Shown here: positions 38,710-49,245 of the stretch, in pieces | Layout of the letters: each line of letters starts with the position of its first letter | How positions within the stretch are numbered: the stretch's first letter is position 1 | From: an uncultured virus (IMG/VR IMGVR_UViG_3300025695_000008) | Taxonomy: Duplodnaviria; Heunggongvirae; Uroviricota; Caudoviricetes | Virus record (IMG/VR): IMGVR_UViG_3300025695_000008 | Reading direction: 5' to 3' (one strand) | Length of the DNA: 64,000 nucleotides | Position numbers and translations under genes: made by a program | The notes under the pieces: model-generated | Told to the model about the DNA's origin: nothing | The model's database searches: none | What the model saw: the letters and a program-made list of their open reading frames with translations, nothing else

Positions 38710-39334
38710 TGTTTGATCTATATTTTTTTAATATTAATTTTTCTTCTTCAGTTAAACTACCATAGCCATGCTCAATTATTTTATCCAATATAGGGTCAAC
38801 GACACTCATGTTAACCTCTATGTCTTTTATATGGTCATCTATATCCTCTTTTTTAGTTTCTTTAGCAAACTTTATCTCTTCATTTAGTATATCAATATAT
38901 TGTTCTCTAGCATTGGCTACCATATCAACAAAGTACTGCACCTTATTTAATATCATATCGTTGTGTCTAATAGGACCTTCCGTATATAAATGCTTATAAT
39001 AATCTTCTATAACGTGTTTAGAATAACCTCCTTTAGTTACATCAAAAAGGAAGAACGATTCGGCATATTCTGAGTACATCTTCTTAAAGAAGTTATCTAA
39101 ATAACCCATATTCTCTTTAGAGTTAAATATTATTATTATGGAAGCTGGTCCAAACACCCACTTTAATTGATGGTCGTTGTCTAGTATAGGTTTTAAACCG
39201 TGTTTTAAGTTATTCGGATATTTACCGACAAAAAACATTATATATTTCCTAGATTTTTTAGTGAAGATTTTAGTGTAGATATTAAATATAAAATACCTTA
39301 TCTTGAATATAATCATATTAATCATTTTATCCAT
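38699..39334 (-). CDS. hypothetical protein with C-terminal DUF6576-like motif
   Basis: VDPILDKIIEHGYGSLTEEEKLIL. Confidence 0.7.
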   Translation of the reverse strand: MDKMINMIIFKIRYFIFNIYTKIFTKKSRKYIMFFVGKYPNNLKHGLKPILDNDHQLKWVFGPASIIIIFNSKENMGYLDNFFKKMYSEYAESFFLFDVTKGGYSKHVIEDYYKHLYTEGPIRHNDMILNKVQYFVDMVANAREQYIDILNEEIKFAKETKKEDIDDHIKDIEVNMSVVDPILDKIIEHGYGSLTEEEKLILKKYRSNNEL

Positions 39335-39337
39335 AAT

Positions 39338-41707
39338 TTAAACTACTTGTGATATATTATCAACCTTTTCAACCTTAACTATATTATCAGCCCAGTCCTG
39401 TATATATGGGTTATGACTTATGATCCATATATGGTCAAATAAGGATTTTAGTTTATCAAAAAACAGACCTAATTTATCTAAATTATCGTTAGATACTTTA
39501 CCAGTAACTTCATCAAAGATAATAATATTTGGTTTAGGTAACGAACATATTTTACTTAAAACACACCTTAGGGCTAAAGAACTTACAGTTTTTTCATATC
39601 CAGAGCCAGATGATAAAGGTTTGTTAACCCCAGTCTCATTATCGTTCATCCAAAACTCAATCTCACCTTTTAGGTTCATCTTAACCTCTAAATCGAAGTC
39701 CGCTGTATCTGATAATAATATCCTTAAATGACTATTTATTAACGGTATCATAGTACCTAAAACCATCTTTGATATACCGTTCTTGCCATATATATCTAGA
39801 TACACCCTGAATATCTTATCTAACACTTCTTCCCTTTTTAATTCCACTATTAAATCATCACATTCTTTTATTTTGGCTTTAGATAACGTTATATCATTAT
39901 TCAAACCATTTATCTGTAACATCAAGGAATCCTTTTCATTGTTTTCTTGTTGTATTTTAAATTTTAGTTTCTGTAAGTCAGTGTCTATCTCCTTGTTGAG
40001 GGTTAGGGCTTCTTTGGCTAATCTATATTTGTCTAGTTTATCGTTACCCCTACTTAGAGTATCGTTTAGGTTAGATAATTCCATTCCTTTATTTTGTAAC
40101 AATAACTCACCTTTGTGGAATTGGTCCCATAAATCTTTTAATATCTGATCACTTTCAATCGATTTACTTAAAGATTCGATCTCATCGAATAGGTCTTTTT
40201 GTTTAGCAATTAAACCATTTAATTTATTCTCATTATCCTTTATCTCATTCTTATGATCAACACCCTCTAATGGTCTTTGACATGACTGACATATCTCACC
40301 TTCTTTAAGGTTAGTTATGGTTTTTTCTAACTGAGATATCTCGATTTTAAGTTCTATCTGGTTATCATTTAAACTCCTTAAATTTGTAACTTTTGTTGAG
40401 TACGAATCAACATCAAATTCTTTTTCTGGCTTTGGGTTTTCTTTTTTTAGATTATCTATCTCAGACTTTTTGTCTGTTATCATCTTACTAACTTTGTCTA
40501 TACCAGCCGTTATGTCAGTTTCAACTATCTTATATAACTCAGTATCTATGTTATTCACCCTACGGGAGCTTAGTCTGTCTCTATCCTCATCAAAACCCTT
40601 AAGTGTGGCAACTTTATTCTCTAACTTATCACTTAATACCTCTATAAACTTTTTATTGTTGAGTATTTTATCGTTCTCATCCTCAATCTTACTTAATATA
40701 TCTTGACTGTTGTTATGATATAATTTAGATTTTTCTTTCCATTCTTGATGTTTTTTCTTGGCTATCTTTTCCTTTTCTCTAAAAAACTCTAAACCAATGA
40801 ATTTGGTTAGTATTCTACCTCTTTCGGTTGGTTTTGTTTTAATTAGGTCATCTAGGTTGTCACCAGTTGTTAGTATGGTTATTAAAAAGTCGTCATAAGA
40901 ACCAACATATGTTTTGATAAGATCATCTGTGAACTTTCTTTGTTCACCATTTAATTGTTTTACACCACCATTAGGTAGTACCTGGTAGAAATCTAGTGTG
41001 CTTTTACAATTATATGTACCGTCTTTAGCTTGTTTCCTTTTTATAGATCTTTTTATAACATAGGAATCACCTTCTATTTCAACCAACCCTTTAACTACAA
41101 CACTATCCTCATCAGAATATCTGTTGAAGACATCTATCATCTTATCGGTTTTAGTGGTTACCCCAAAAAATAAGAATAATAATAAATCCACAGTCATCGT
41201 TGTCTTACCACCAAAGTTCGCTGGATTAGACATAACTGAAGTTATACCCATTTTGTTAGTGAAGTTTATTCTGTTGTCGTCACCAAAAGACAGAAAATTA
41301 GAAAACTCAACCTTCTTTATTTTGAATTTTTTGTACCTATTGGTTTGTTCTTTATAATCTTCTAACTCCACATTAACCGTGTTATCTAGTTTCATTAAAT
41401 AATCCATATTAACCGATAACGAGTTGTCAACTAAATAGGCTTCTATTAGTTTCTTTTGGTAATTTTCGTCTAATATAACCTCTGAAGCATCAGCCGTACC
41501 TTCAGCTATAACACCGCTGTTTTTGGCCGTTATAGGTTTGAATATAACCTTAACCCTAGTTGTTTTATATTTTTTCTGGAAATACTTCTCGACTTGTTTC
41601 TCTCTGTAACTCGAGTGGTTGTCTAATGTATCTTCCCATATGACTTTGATGTAATTCTTGGTGTCATATAAACCGTTTTCGTTTGTCTCTTTAATCATAT
41701 ACGTCAT
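39338..41707 (-). CDS. sbcC: SbcC/Rad50/gp46-like ATPase
   Basis: NFLSFG, Walker A NFGGKTT, coiled coil with CQSC hook, SGYE signature, FDE Walker B, IISH. Confidence 0.92.
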   Translation of the reverse strand: MTYMIKETNENGLYDTKNYIKVIWEDTLDNHSSYREKQVEKYFQKKYKTTRVKVIFKPITAKNSGVIAEGTADASEVILDENYQKKLIEAYLVDNSLSVNMDYLMKLDNTVNVELEDYKEQTNRYKKFKIKKVEFSNFLSFGDDNRINFTNKMGITSVMSNPANFGGKTTMTVDLLLFLFFGVTTKTDKMIDVFNRYSDEDSVVVKGLVEIEGDSYVIKRSIKRKQAKDGTYNCKSTLDFYQVLPNGGVKQLNGEQRKFTDDLIKTYVGSYDDFLITILTTGDNLDDLIKTKPTERGRILTKFIGLEFFREKEKIAKKKHQEWKEKSKLYHNNSQDILSKIEDENDKILNNKKFIEVLSDKLENKVATLKGFDEDRDRLSSRRVNNIDTELYKIVETDITAGIDKVSKMITDKKSEIDNLKKENPKPEKEFDVDSYSTKVTNLRSLNDNQIELKIEISQLEKTITNLKEGEICQSCQRPLEGVDHKNEIKDNENKLNGLIAKQKDLFDEIESLSKSIESDQILKDLWDQFHKGELLLQNKGMELSNLNDTLSRGNDKLDKYRLAKEALTLNKEIDTDLQKLKFKIQQENNEKDSLMLQINGLNNDITLSKAKIKECDDLIVELKREEVLDKIFRVYLDIYGKNGISKMVLGTMIPLINSHLRILLSDTADFDLEVKMNLKGEIEFWMNDNETGVNKPLSSGSGYEKTVSSLALRCVLSKICSLPKPNIIIFDEVTGKVSNDNLDKLGLFFDKLKSLFDHIWIISHNPYIQDWADNIVKVEKVDNISQVV

Positions 41708-42110
41708 AATTATCTTTTGGTGATTTACTTATAATAGTAACTGGTACTCTTTTAGCCTCGCTTTTAACTTTATAGATCGGTTCTTTTGGCGTTGCGTCAT
41801 CTACAATGATCTCCTCAACACTAACTTCTATACTTTCTTCAGAACTAACTTCTATACTTTCTTCGATGACGGGTTCTACAACCTCATCAACACTTTCTTC
41901 TATCATCTCCTCTTCAATATTAGTATCAACATGGGTTATATCAGAACTTTCTTTATCGAAAAATAGTGCGAATGAATCACCGTACTTCTCCATATCAAAA
42001 CCTTTTGTTAAAGCACCAGATATAAACGATTCAACATCATCTATATCATTAACCTTACAAAAAGCTATTATATCAGCATATAATGAGTTATCTATATTAA
42101 CCTTACCCAT
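41691..42110 (-). CDS. hypothetical acidic protein
   Basis: FCKVNDI...GFDMEKYG N-terminus, EESIEVS repeats. Confidence 0.7.
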   Translation of the reverse strand: MGKVNIDNSLYADIIAFCKVNDIDDVESFISGALTKGFDMEKYGDSFALFFDKESSDITHVDTNIEEEMIEESVDEVVEPVIEESIEVSSEESIEVSVEEIIVDDATPKEPIYKVKSEAKRVPVTIISKSPKDNYDVYD

Positions 42111-42900
42111 TTACTAAAATTTCTTTATTTTCGTCTATATCCGTTATATCGGTTATTTTAAATGTCAAATACTTTATAGGATTTTCTATGTCATGGAATT
42201 CGTTAGTGAATTTATTGTCTTCAGACAAATGTACGAAATTAAAACCATGTTGACTAATAGTTTCTCCATAATTTTGTTGTATTAGTGATCCTACCATTAT
42301 AATAGGTGTTTCTCCAGACTTAAATACTTGTCTTTTATGTATATCACCACATAGAACTAGATCACAATGTCTGAATTTGGTTAATTCGGCTCCGTGAGTA
42401 AATTTAAACCCCATTTCATTAACAGCACCAACTATAGTTCCGTGGTAAAGGCCTATGTAGGTACCTTTATGGGGCCTCATTTCTAGGGCTTCTGGTGCCA
42501 TATGGTTATCGAATATACTAAACACTGACCAAACAACATTATCGTCTTTATATAACCCTGATTTAGTGTAATAAGATATATTATCAACTCTTAGAGTGTT
42601 TATTATGGGTGTCAAAGCATCCATACGCTCTTTATTCTGCTCAACCACATCGTGGTTACCTGGTATTATAACCACTTTACCAGTAACGGATGAACACTCA
42701 TTTAAAAACCAAGAAACTTCGTTCACTAGCTCTGGACTAATCTGATTCCTAGAATGGACTATATCACCAGCTATGACTATTCTGTCTGGTTCCATAGTCT
42801 TCATCTGATCTATAAAGTTCTCGCAGATAGCTCTGAACTCATCATGTCTTTGTATATTCCTGAAGTGTATGTCTGCAATATGCGCTATTTTTTCTATCAT
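42103..42900 (-). CDS. sbcD: SbcD/Mre11/gp47-like nuclease
   Basis: HIADIH, AGDIVH, PGNHD, YHG, GDIHKRQ, GSLIQQNYGE. Confidence 0.92.
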   Translation of the reverse strand: MIEKIAHIADIHFRNIQRHDEFRAICENFIDQMKTMEPDRIVIAGDIVHSRNQISPELVNEVSWFLNECSSVTGKVVIIPGNHDVVEQNKERMDALTPIINTLRVDNISYYTKSGLYKDDNVVWSVFSIFDNHMAPEALEMRPHKGTYIGLYHGTIVGAVNEMGFKFTHGAELTKFRHCDLVLCGDIHKRQVFKSGETPIIMVGSLIQQNYGETISQHGFNFVHLSEDNKFTNEFHDIENPIKYLTFKITDITDIDENKEILVNG

Positions 42901-43640
42901 AATATCATTTTTTTCATCTTATAAAATTCAATTAGCATTTCAGCCTCTTTTTTCATATATGTTATTGGTATCAATTTAAATTTTTGTATATTTTTGTCCC
43001 AGTATAGTAACCCTCCTCGATTAAACTTTTTACCAGTTTCTCTTTCGTACATCAAAGCATAAACGGATAACTGAATAGTGTAATCGTTATATTGACAATG
43101 GGCTAGGTGATCTAAGGGGAAGTGCAGGAACTCCCCATACTTGTTTTCGTAATTAAATCTTTTATTAGTTTTAAAATCCCATACATTGAATAGTGGTTTA
43201 TCGGCTATATCTTCTATAATGTCAGCCGTACCAGCAATACCTTCTAATTCATTGAACTCTAGGCTCATTATATGCTCTGGTTTTAAATGTTTACTTTCCA
43301 CTAAACTCAATTCTTCGACTTCACAAACCTCTTTAAGGGCGTTTATGACTAGTTTTTCGAACTCATCTCTTGGTGAGTACATTCTATTGGGGGCTAACAG
43401 GAATCTTTCACATATTTCGTGTAGAGCTGTTCCGTACTCATTAGCCAATCTGTTTATTTCTCTCCATTCGGCGATAACATCATCTTTATGAATACCTTTT
43501 CTCTCAGCAATTCTAGTCGCATGGAACTCTTCATCAAATTTATCTTTAAATGTACCTAAGATAGTTGTTACAGAAGTATATTTAACGTTAGGGTGTTCCG
43601 TATTACTGTATGTGTGTGTAGCTTCATCTAAAGTTTTCAT
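42897..43640 (-). CDS. PD-(D/E)xK superfamily exonuclease
   Basis: SVTTIL, GTALHEICE, AGTADII, WDFKTN, YTIQLSVYA. Confidence 0.87.
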   Translation of the reverse strand: MKTLDEATHTYSNTEHPNVKYTSVTTILGTFKDKFDEEFHATRIAERKGIHKDDVIAEWREINRLANEYGTALHEICERFLLAPNRMYSPRDEFEKLVINALKEVCEVEELSLVESKHLKPEHIMSLEFNELEGIAGTADIIEDIADKPLFNVWDFKTNKRFNYENKYGEFLHFPLDHLAHCQYNDYTIQLSVYALMYERETGKKFNRGGLLYWDKNIQKFKLIPITYMKKEAEMLIEFYKMKKMIL

Positions 43641-44599
43641 TCTTTTAATCTTTTACTTGTTTGTAATAACTTTTTCAAATTCTCTGGACCATAAGTTTCG
43701 TTATATGATGAAATATCTAAACCATCTGGTAATTCGGTCACTAAAACCCTTTTGTATAACCTACCAGCATCTAATTTATTATATATTTTTATTGCGTCAG
43801 TCATAGCGTCTGGGTCTAAAGCTATGATAATAAAATTTTTAGCTTTAAAATATAACTCACTAAACAGTTTGTCCGATAATTTTTTACCTAATAACGGTAT
43901 GCTGTTTGGTACTACTATATGATCAAACACACCTTCTACTAGAAATACTGGTTTGTCCCAATCAATAAACCTTTCATTGAAGATTAGTTTTTGTTTTTCG
44001 GCCTTAGGGTTTAGGTACTTAAACTTACTCACTTTTGGGTTGACCGTCCTAGTAACAAAAAAATTTAATTTATTTTCCTTATCGTATGACGGTACTAAGA
44101 GTCTATCTTGGTATTTACCACTCAAACAAACACCTATGTCATACTTTTCTATTTGTTTGTTAGTTATACCTCTGTTATATAAATAATTGAACGCACCATT
44201 GAACCTATTGGTCTCTAATTTACCGTGTAATTTAATATATTCTTCAGGGAGGGTTAGTATATCTATTTTTTCACTAACGGTTTTAAACTCATTAAACTTA
44301 AATTTTAGATCGTAAAATTCTCTAAGGGTGGTTCTGTCTGAGTATTTTTTGAATAGTTTGGATAACCTACCTTTAGTATCGTCAATATCACCACAAGACC
44401 AACAGTTATATAAACCATCAATATAGGTGACTTCGAGATTACCTTTGCCATCAAACTCCACCCCTTTTGAGGCAGAACAATTTGGGCAGTCGAAACTAAC
44501 CTGACCGTTACGCCTGTGGTGTTTTCGGGGTTCCCCTAAGAAATTTTCCAATAAAGAGAGTAATTTGTCAATCTCTAAATCTCGATCAAATGTTGTCAT
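43637..44599 (-). CDS. DNA primase (zinc finger + TOPRIM); start probably 44599 rather than 44617
   Basis: CPNC...NCWSC zinc finger, YLYNRGI, KYLNP, LVEGVFD, ALDPDA; promoter lies between the two candidate starts. Confidence 0.88.
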   Translation of the reverse strand: MTTFDRDLEIDKLLSLLENFLGEPRKHHRRNGQVSFDCPNCSASKGVEFDGKGNLEVTYIDGLYNCWSCGDIDDTKGRLSKLFKKYSDRTTLREFYDLKFKFNEFKTVSEKIDILTLPEEYIKLHGKLETNRFNGAFNYLYNRGITNKQIEKYDIGVCLSGKYQDRLLVPSYDKENKLNFFVTRTVNPKVSKFKYLNPKAEKQKLIFNERFIDWDKPVFLVEGVFDHIVVPNSIPLLGKKLSDKLFSELYFKAKNFIIIALDPDAMTDAIKIYNKLDAGRLYKRVLVTELPDGLDISSYNETYGPENLKKLLQTSKRLKE

Positions 44600-44605
44600 A
44601 CGTGG

Positions 44606-44637
44606 CAAATATAACAAATGATTTTATTATAACCAAA
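44606..44637 (-). promoter_or_regulatory. Bacteroidota-type promoter
   Basis: TTTG-N20-TATATTTG ending 6 nt before ATG 44599. Confidence 0.7.
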
Positions 44638-44645
44638 CTTTATAT

Positions 44646-44683
44646 AAAAAAACCCCAAACAATGTTTAATTATTTGAGGTTTT
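44646..44683 (-). terminator. intrinsic terminator ending the structural operon
   Basis: AAACCTCAAATAAT-TAAAC-ATTGTTTGGGGTTT with G.U pairs on minus strand, then T-tract. Confidence 0.75.
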
Positions 44684-44702
44684 CGGTTTGGTTGTGTTTT
44701 GT

Positions 44703-45305
44703 TTAATCTATCAGACCTGTCATACGCATATAAGCCAAAGTTACAACGTAAGCGTCTGACATATCGTAATTTTCTTTTTTAAGTACTCCCTTTTTGTTAT
44801 AGAACCAGTTAATTTGTGGTTCTCTAGAATTAACTAAATCCCATATAACTTTTTTCTTATCAGTATCTTTAGGTAGACCACCGAATAAAACTAATTTTTT
44901 ACTACTACCGACTTGCATTAATTCAGGGAAAGCGTTTTTACGAGCTTCATAAGTACTTATGTATTCTGGCGTAGTGTTAAATGTGTCATAACATATTTTG
45001 GTTACCATACCATTAAACCTTAATAGCGTACCAACAGTTCTAACGTTATTCGATCTAAGTAAAGGTTCTTCTATTAACACATGTTTTATATCCATGTTTT
45101 TATACTTCTGTATAAAATCGGAAAATAAATCAGCTTTTTTAAGTAATTCCTCTGTTTTACTTTCGGGTACTGGTTTAGCTTTCGGTGAAATATGCGTTAA
45201 CTCCAAAAGTTCCCCCTTATTATTAAATAAGGATACCCCTATTGTTTTAGTTGATACGTCTAGTCCAAGTAAGTAATATTCTTCTTGTATCTCTTTTGAT
45301 CCCAT
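44703..45305 (-). CDS. RuvC-like Holliday junction resolvase
   Basis: LGLDVSTKTIG, VLIEEP, DMSDAY acidic tetrad. Confidence 0.85.
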   Translation of the reverse strand: MGSKEIQEEYYLLGLDVSTKTIGVSLFNNKGELLELTHISPKAKPVPESKTEELLKKADLFSDFIQKYKNMDIKHVLIEEPLLRSNNVRTVGTLLRFNGMVTKICYDTFNTTPEYISTYEARKNAFPELMQVGSSKKLVLFGGLPKDTDKKKVIWDLVNSREPQINWFYNKKGVLKKENYDMSDAYVVTLAYMRMTGLID

Positions 45306-45318
45306 GTTTATATGTCTT

Positions 45319-47178
45319 TTATAATCTTATTTTTACGTTAAATGAAACAACGTCGTACCAATATTTTTTAATTGGTTGTGTGGGTTTACATATAGCTAAT
45401 AGGTTACCGTCAGCATCGTGTATCCCTAATTGGGTTACAATAACTGGGTACAAATCCCCATCAGTTGTTTTAAATGAGGCATAATCCTCTATTTGTTCAA
45501 CCCCTTGTAAATCTTTAGCTGTATCATTAGATGTTTTAAAGAACTCGTCTGAAGATGCTAAACATACGATATTTAAGGATTTTTCTGTATTATAACTATT
45601 ATATTCCACTGTTGACACCTGAGTATCTGTGTAGATAAACTGCGTACTGTCCCAAACTACATTACTACCGTCTTTAGTTACGATTAGCTGGTTTGTATCA
45701 CCAGTAGTGGTTGTTCTAACATCACCTCTTGTAGATCCAGTAAAACCGTTAATTAGGTCATAATTTTTATATACGTTGGTTGATCCAGCCGTTACGATAT
45801 CACCCAAAAATACATTCTTAAAATAAGAGTCTACTATAGTTGGGTGGGTTATCACGATGAAACCTTTGTCCAAGTAAGCCACACCGACTGCCTTGTCGTT
45901 TTTGTAATTGTAGGTTGGTTTTTCTTGACCTTTAGGTGTGAATACTTTAGTTCCGTTTATCACCTCGGTATAACCATCACCCCAATTGTTAAAATTAACC
46001 GATGGTGGTGCTATAGTGTCAGAAAATAGTAAAGCCACATTACTCTCGTAAGTATTTTCTGTGGTTGATCCTATGTCTGGTCTAACCCCTACCGAACTAA
46101 CACTTATACTACTATCCGATAATTTCTTATCTAGGTTATTGTTTATGTGAGCTTCGCTGTATGTACTATATATCTCTATTAAAGAGTTTGTAGCACTCGT
46201 ATAGTCTTTTACACCTAACCTTTTTTCGTCAGCGTTTGAGCTATCAACCCCGTTGTAATATGGTAACGTTAATTTTATTGTCTTACCATCGATTATTTCG
46301 CCATATTTGTTATTAGGTATCTCTAATACTAAAAACATATCATTAGGTACTGGTAGATTCCAAGGCTTGTTAGTCTCAAACTCATTACAACCTATTGTTT
46401 GCATTACAGTACCGTAATGTTCGCCAGTATAACCCGTCGTTGGGTGTGTTACTAAAGCATCTGTTGTTCCTGTGTATGAAGATGTTATTTCAGTCCATTT
46501 ATAGTTAACACCGTTCTGTTTAACAGCTACAACATCTGTGGATGTAGCAACATCTAATACACCGTAAGCCGACCTAGAGTATTTTTTATATTCTTCATCG
46601 GTTACTGGTAAGTTTAGTGATTTAAGTAAATTAGCGAAAATGGTATTATTATCTTGTCTACCAACAAAAAACCCTGGTAACACATCTGTTGTGTTTAGAT
46701 CTGGGTTCTGATATTCGTGAGCTAATTTCTGGTACCCATCGTTTAAATCAAAAGGTACTGTCTCGTTAACAACGACAACGCTCTCTACTGGTTTCAATAT
46801 CTCGTAGTTGGTTGGGTCGTAATCATATTCTATGTAACCTCTACACGTACCACCAAATTGGGGTTGAGAGAATTCAGAGTCATCATACGATAAAGAAAAA
46901 AGATACGAATATCCTCCGTTGGCCGCTACAGCTTCAGGTTGGTTTGTCAAGTCTGGGGCTGCCTGGAATTTACCGATAACAGTATTTGTTGATATGTTTG
47001 TTAATTTTGTGTTTAGTCCGCTATTACTAGAAACTTCAGTATGTGTTATCACTACTTGTTGGTTTAATGCAGGAACGTATTTTGGTTTCTCTAGGAAAAA
47101 GAACTCAGCTACACCGTTTGTGCCCGTTGATATCGTTCTGGCGTAGTATGGTAATCTAACTTTTAGTATTGCACTCAT
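45319..47178 (-). CDS. tail/baseplate structural protein with C-terminal tail-collar-like motif
   Basis: VTQLGIHDADGNLLAICKPTQPIKK. Confidence 0.7.
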   Translation of the reverse strand: MSAILKVRLPYYARTISTGTNGVAEFFFLEKPKYVPALNQQVVITHTEVSSNSGLNTKLTNISTNTVIGKFQAAPDLTNQPEAVAANGGYSYLFSLSYDDSEFSQPQFGGTCRGYIEYDYDPTNYEILKPVESVVVVNETVPFDLNDGYQKLAHEYQNPDLNTTDVLPGFFVGRQDNNTIFANLLKSLNLPVTDEEYKKYSRSAYGVLDVATSTDVVAVKQNGVNYKWTEITSSYTGTTDALVTHPTTGYTGEHYGTVMQTIGCNEFETNKPWNLPVPNDMFLVLEIPNNKYGEIIDGKTIKLTLPYYNGVDSSNADEKRLGVKDYTSATNSLIEIYSTYSEAHINNNLDKKLSDSSISVSSVGVRPDIGSTTENTYESNVALLFSDTIAPPSVNFNNWGDGYTEVINGTKVFTPKGQEKPTYNYKNDKAVGVAYLDKGFIVITHPTIVDSYFKNVFLGDIVTAGSTNVYKNYDLINGFTGSTRGDVRTTTTGDTNQLIVTKDGSNVVWDSTQFIYTDTQVSTVEYNSYNTEKSLNIVCLASSDEFFKTSNDTAKDLQGVEQIEDYASFKTTDGDLYPVIVTQLGIHDADGNLLAICKPTQPIKKYWYDVVSFNVKIRL

Positions 47179-47184
47179 TTTCTC

Positions 47185-47430
47185 TTATTTTATTAAAATT
47201 TGATTTTTTATTGTAACGTTTTTTGATATCGCGTAAACGTTATCGTTATAATCACCAGTAACATCAGTAACGATTTGATCTACTGTTGTTAGTGCGTTAT
47301 AGTTTCCATCTTCATCTGAAACTGAAAATGATGCAGGTATAAAACCTTGTTCTAAAAGTTTTCTTCTACCTAATTCTGTTAGATAAACTTTGATTTCATC
47401 GGTATCTCCGTTTTGTGGTACAAACCCCAT
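47185..47430 (-). CDS. small structural protein (LTxxGR motif)
   Basis: VYLTELGRRKL...FSVSDED; TATTTATA at 47491-47498. Confidence 0.7.
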   Translation of the reverse strand: MGFVPQNGDTDEIKVYLTELGRRKLLEQGFIPASFSVSDEDGNYNALTTVDQIVTDVTGDYNDNVYAISKNVTIKNQILIK

Positions 47431-47517
47431 ATTGTTTTTTATTTAAAAGTATTAATTTTATTTTATAAGTCAAGTTATTATTACTTATTATATAAATATA
47501 ACTATCATCGAATTTTT

Positions 47518-48123
47518 TTATGTATTTACTAAAATTGTTGTGATAACAATATCTTCGTTTATTTCATCACCACCTTCAATATTAGATAATGCCTTTAGGT
47601 TAAAAGTGAAGTCTATTATACCAACCCTTTTATTAGGGGTGTTGGTACTATTACCATAATAGTGTTTTTTTAATACACCTAAACTTTTAACCTCATATAG
47701 AGCAGAAAACTCGAGTTTGGTTAGAGGTGGGATTATTTTATTGGACCCTATAATACCTAATTCACTAACTATTGTTAATATACCAGTAGTAAAACCGTTA
47801 ACTTTTACGATATATTGTTGGTAATGTTTATTGTCGGATTCATAGTCGTTACCCTTTGTTGCCGTTACGTTAGAACCAACAGATCTACTGTCCGAATCTC
47901 TAACTCTAGCACTTTTGTAAGTAATATCATTAAAATATATAGATTTAGTATTCGTGTTTAAAATATTAAATTTACCATCTTCTTCTAGTGTCCTAAACTT
48001 ATCAGTGTTACTACTAATACTTACCGATGGTGTGTTAATATAGTGACCTATCTTAGGTATAGCAAAGCTAAACTTAGGCATTACTTTAGTCACTTTTGTT
48101 CCGTAAATTGGTATTGAAGCCAT
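47518..48123 (-). CDS. hypothetical structural protein
   Basis: 201 aa beta-rich in structural operon. Confidence 0.65.
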   Translation of the reverse strand: MASIPIYGTKVTKVMPKFSFAIPKIGHYINTPSVSISSNTDKFRTLEEDGKFNILNTNTKSIYFNDITYKSARVRDSDSRSVGSNVTATKGNDYESDNKHYQQYIVKVNGFTTGILTIVSELGIIGSNKIIPPLTKLEFSALYEVKSLGVLKKHYYGNSTNTPNKRVGIIDFTFNLKALSNIEGGDEINEDIVITTILVNT

Positions 48124-48135
48124 ATTTTATTTAAA

Positions 48136-49245
48136 TTAATTTGAACCTGCTGATGATGATGCGCTAACCCCTGTTGACGATGCGTCTGGTAATGCTGGCC
48201 CCGCTTGAGTTAATAAGGCTGACGAAGTTGTTGTTGACGCTGGGTAGGCGATCTGTTCGTAAGTTATTATAGTTTGTGAAAAAGTACCGTTATAATCAAC
48301 AATTATTTTCATATCTTTACTGCCTTTACAAATATTAGCGTCAAACTCAGATAAAGAAGATGTGTCAAGTTCTGCGGTTACTCTAAATAAATAACCTCCT
48401 CTCATGACAGAGAAGGGGCTGCCGCCTAACTGGTTTTCGAATAAATCTATTGCGAATCCGTTGGATGGTCCATTGAATGTTGGTGTGTTAAATGATTTTA
48501 TCGCATAAAAAACATCAGAGTAAACTGTTATCGATATCGGAGAACCGAAATTCGAAGAATACTCGTTTGCTTCAATGTAGGTTACGTTTGCTGTTACTGG
48601 GGGTGATGGAAAACCTACCCCTTTATACCCTATTTGATACTCTTTAGATTCTGGGATATATGACACATCTATGTCGTCACCAGAAATACTGACATTGTTT
48701 GAGTATATATTCCCAAGACCAATAGGTACGTAACCTTCCTCTAGAGGATTTTCCGTAGTGTTTTGGTACAAAGGGTTATTAAAATCATATACACATAGGT
48801 TCGATAATTTAAGTTTTCTTTTGTTGTTACCTAGTACAGCATATAGGCTAGTAACTATATTATAACCACTATCGCCCACTTCAAACCCGTAAGCATCCCC
48901 ATCGAAATTAAAATAAAAATCGAACTTAGTGTAGTACTTTTCGCCTTTAACTAGTTCGTTAGTTTTTCTGATTTGGGTATGACTTAAATTGTGGGTCCTA
49001 TTAGTATATGAGTTATCTCCAATGAAAGCGTTACCCATAATTTTATTATGGTACTCAGATGTCTCTGGAACGCTTCTGTATGACCCGTTAATGAAAATAA
49101 ATCTATTTAAGTCACTAGATTTTAGGGGATAAAAGTCAAAATTCTCGATTAAACTATCTAACCCTTTAGCACTATACGAATTGTAATCATATGGTGATTT
49201 AAGGTGTAACCCATTGATATTCTTAAGATTGTATTGTTTATACAT
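48136..49245 (-). CDS. hypothetical structural protein
   Basis: 369 aa beta-rich in structural operon. Confidence 0.7.
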   Translation of the reverse strand: MYKQYNLKNINGLHLKSPYDYNSYSAKGLDSLIENFDFYPLKSSDLNRFIFINGSYRSVPETSEYHNKIMGNAFIGDNSYTNRTHNLSHTQIRKTNELVKGEKYYTKFDFYFNFDGDAYGFEVGDSGYNIVTSLYAVLGNNKRKLKLSNLCVYDFNNPLYQNTTENPLEEGYVPIGLGNIYSNNVSISGDDIDVSYIPESKEYQIGYKGVGFPSPPVTANVTYIEANEYSSNFGSPISITVYSDVFYAIKSFNTPTFNGPSNGFAIDLFENQLGGSPFSVMRGGYLFRVTAELDTSSLSEFDANICKGSKDMKIIVDYNGTFSQTIITYEQIAYPASTTTSSALLTQAGPALPDASSTGVSASSSAGSN

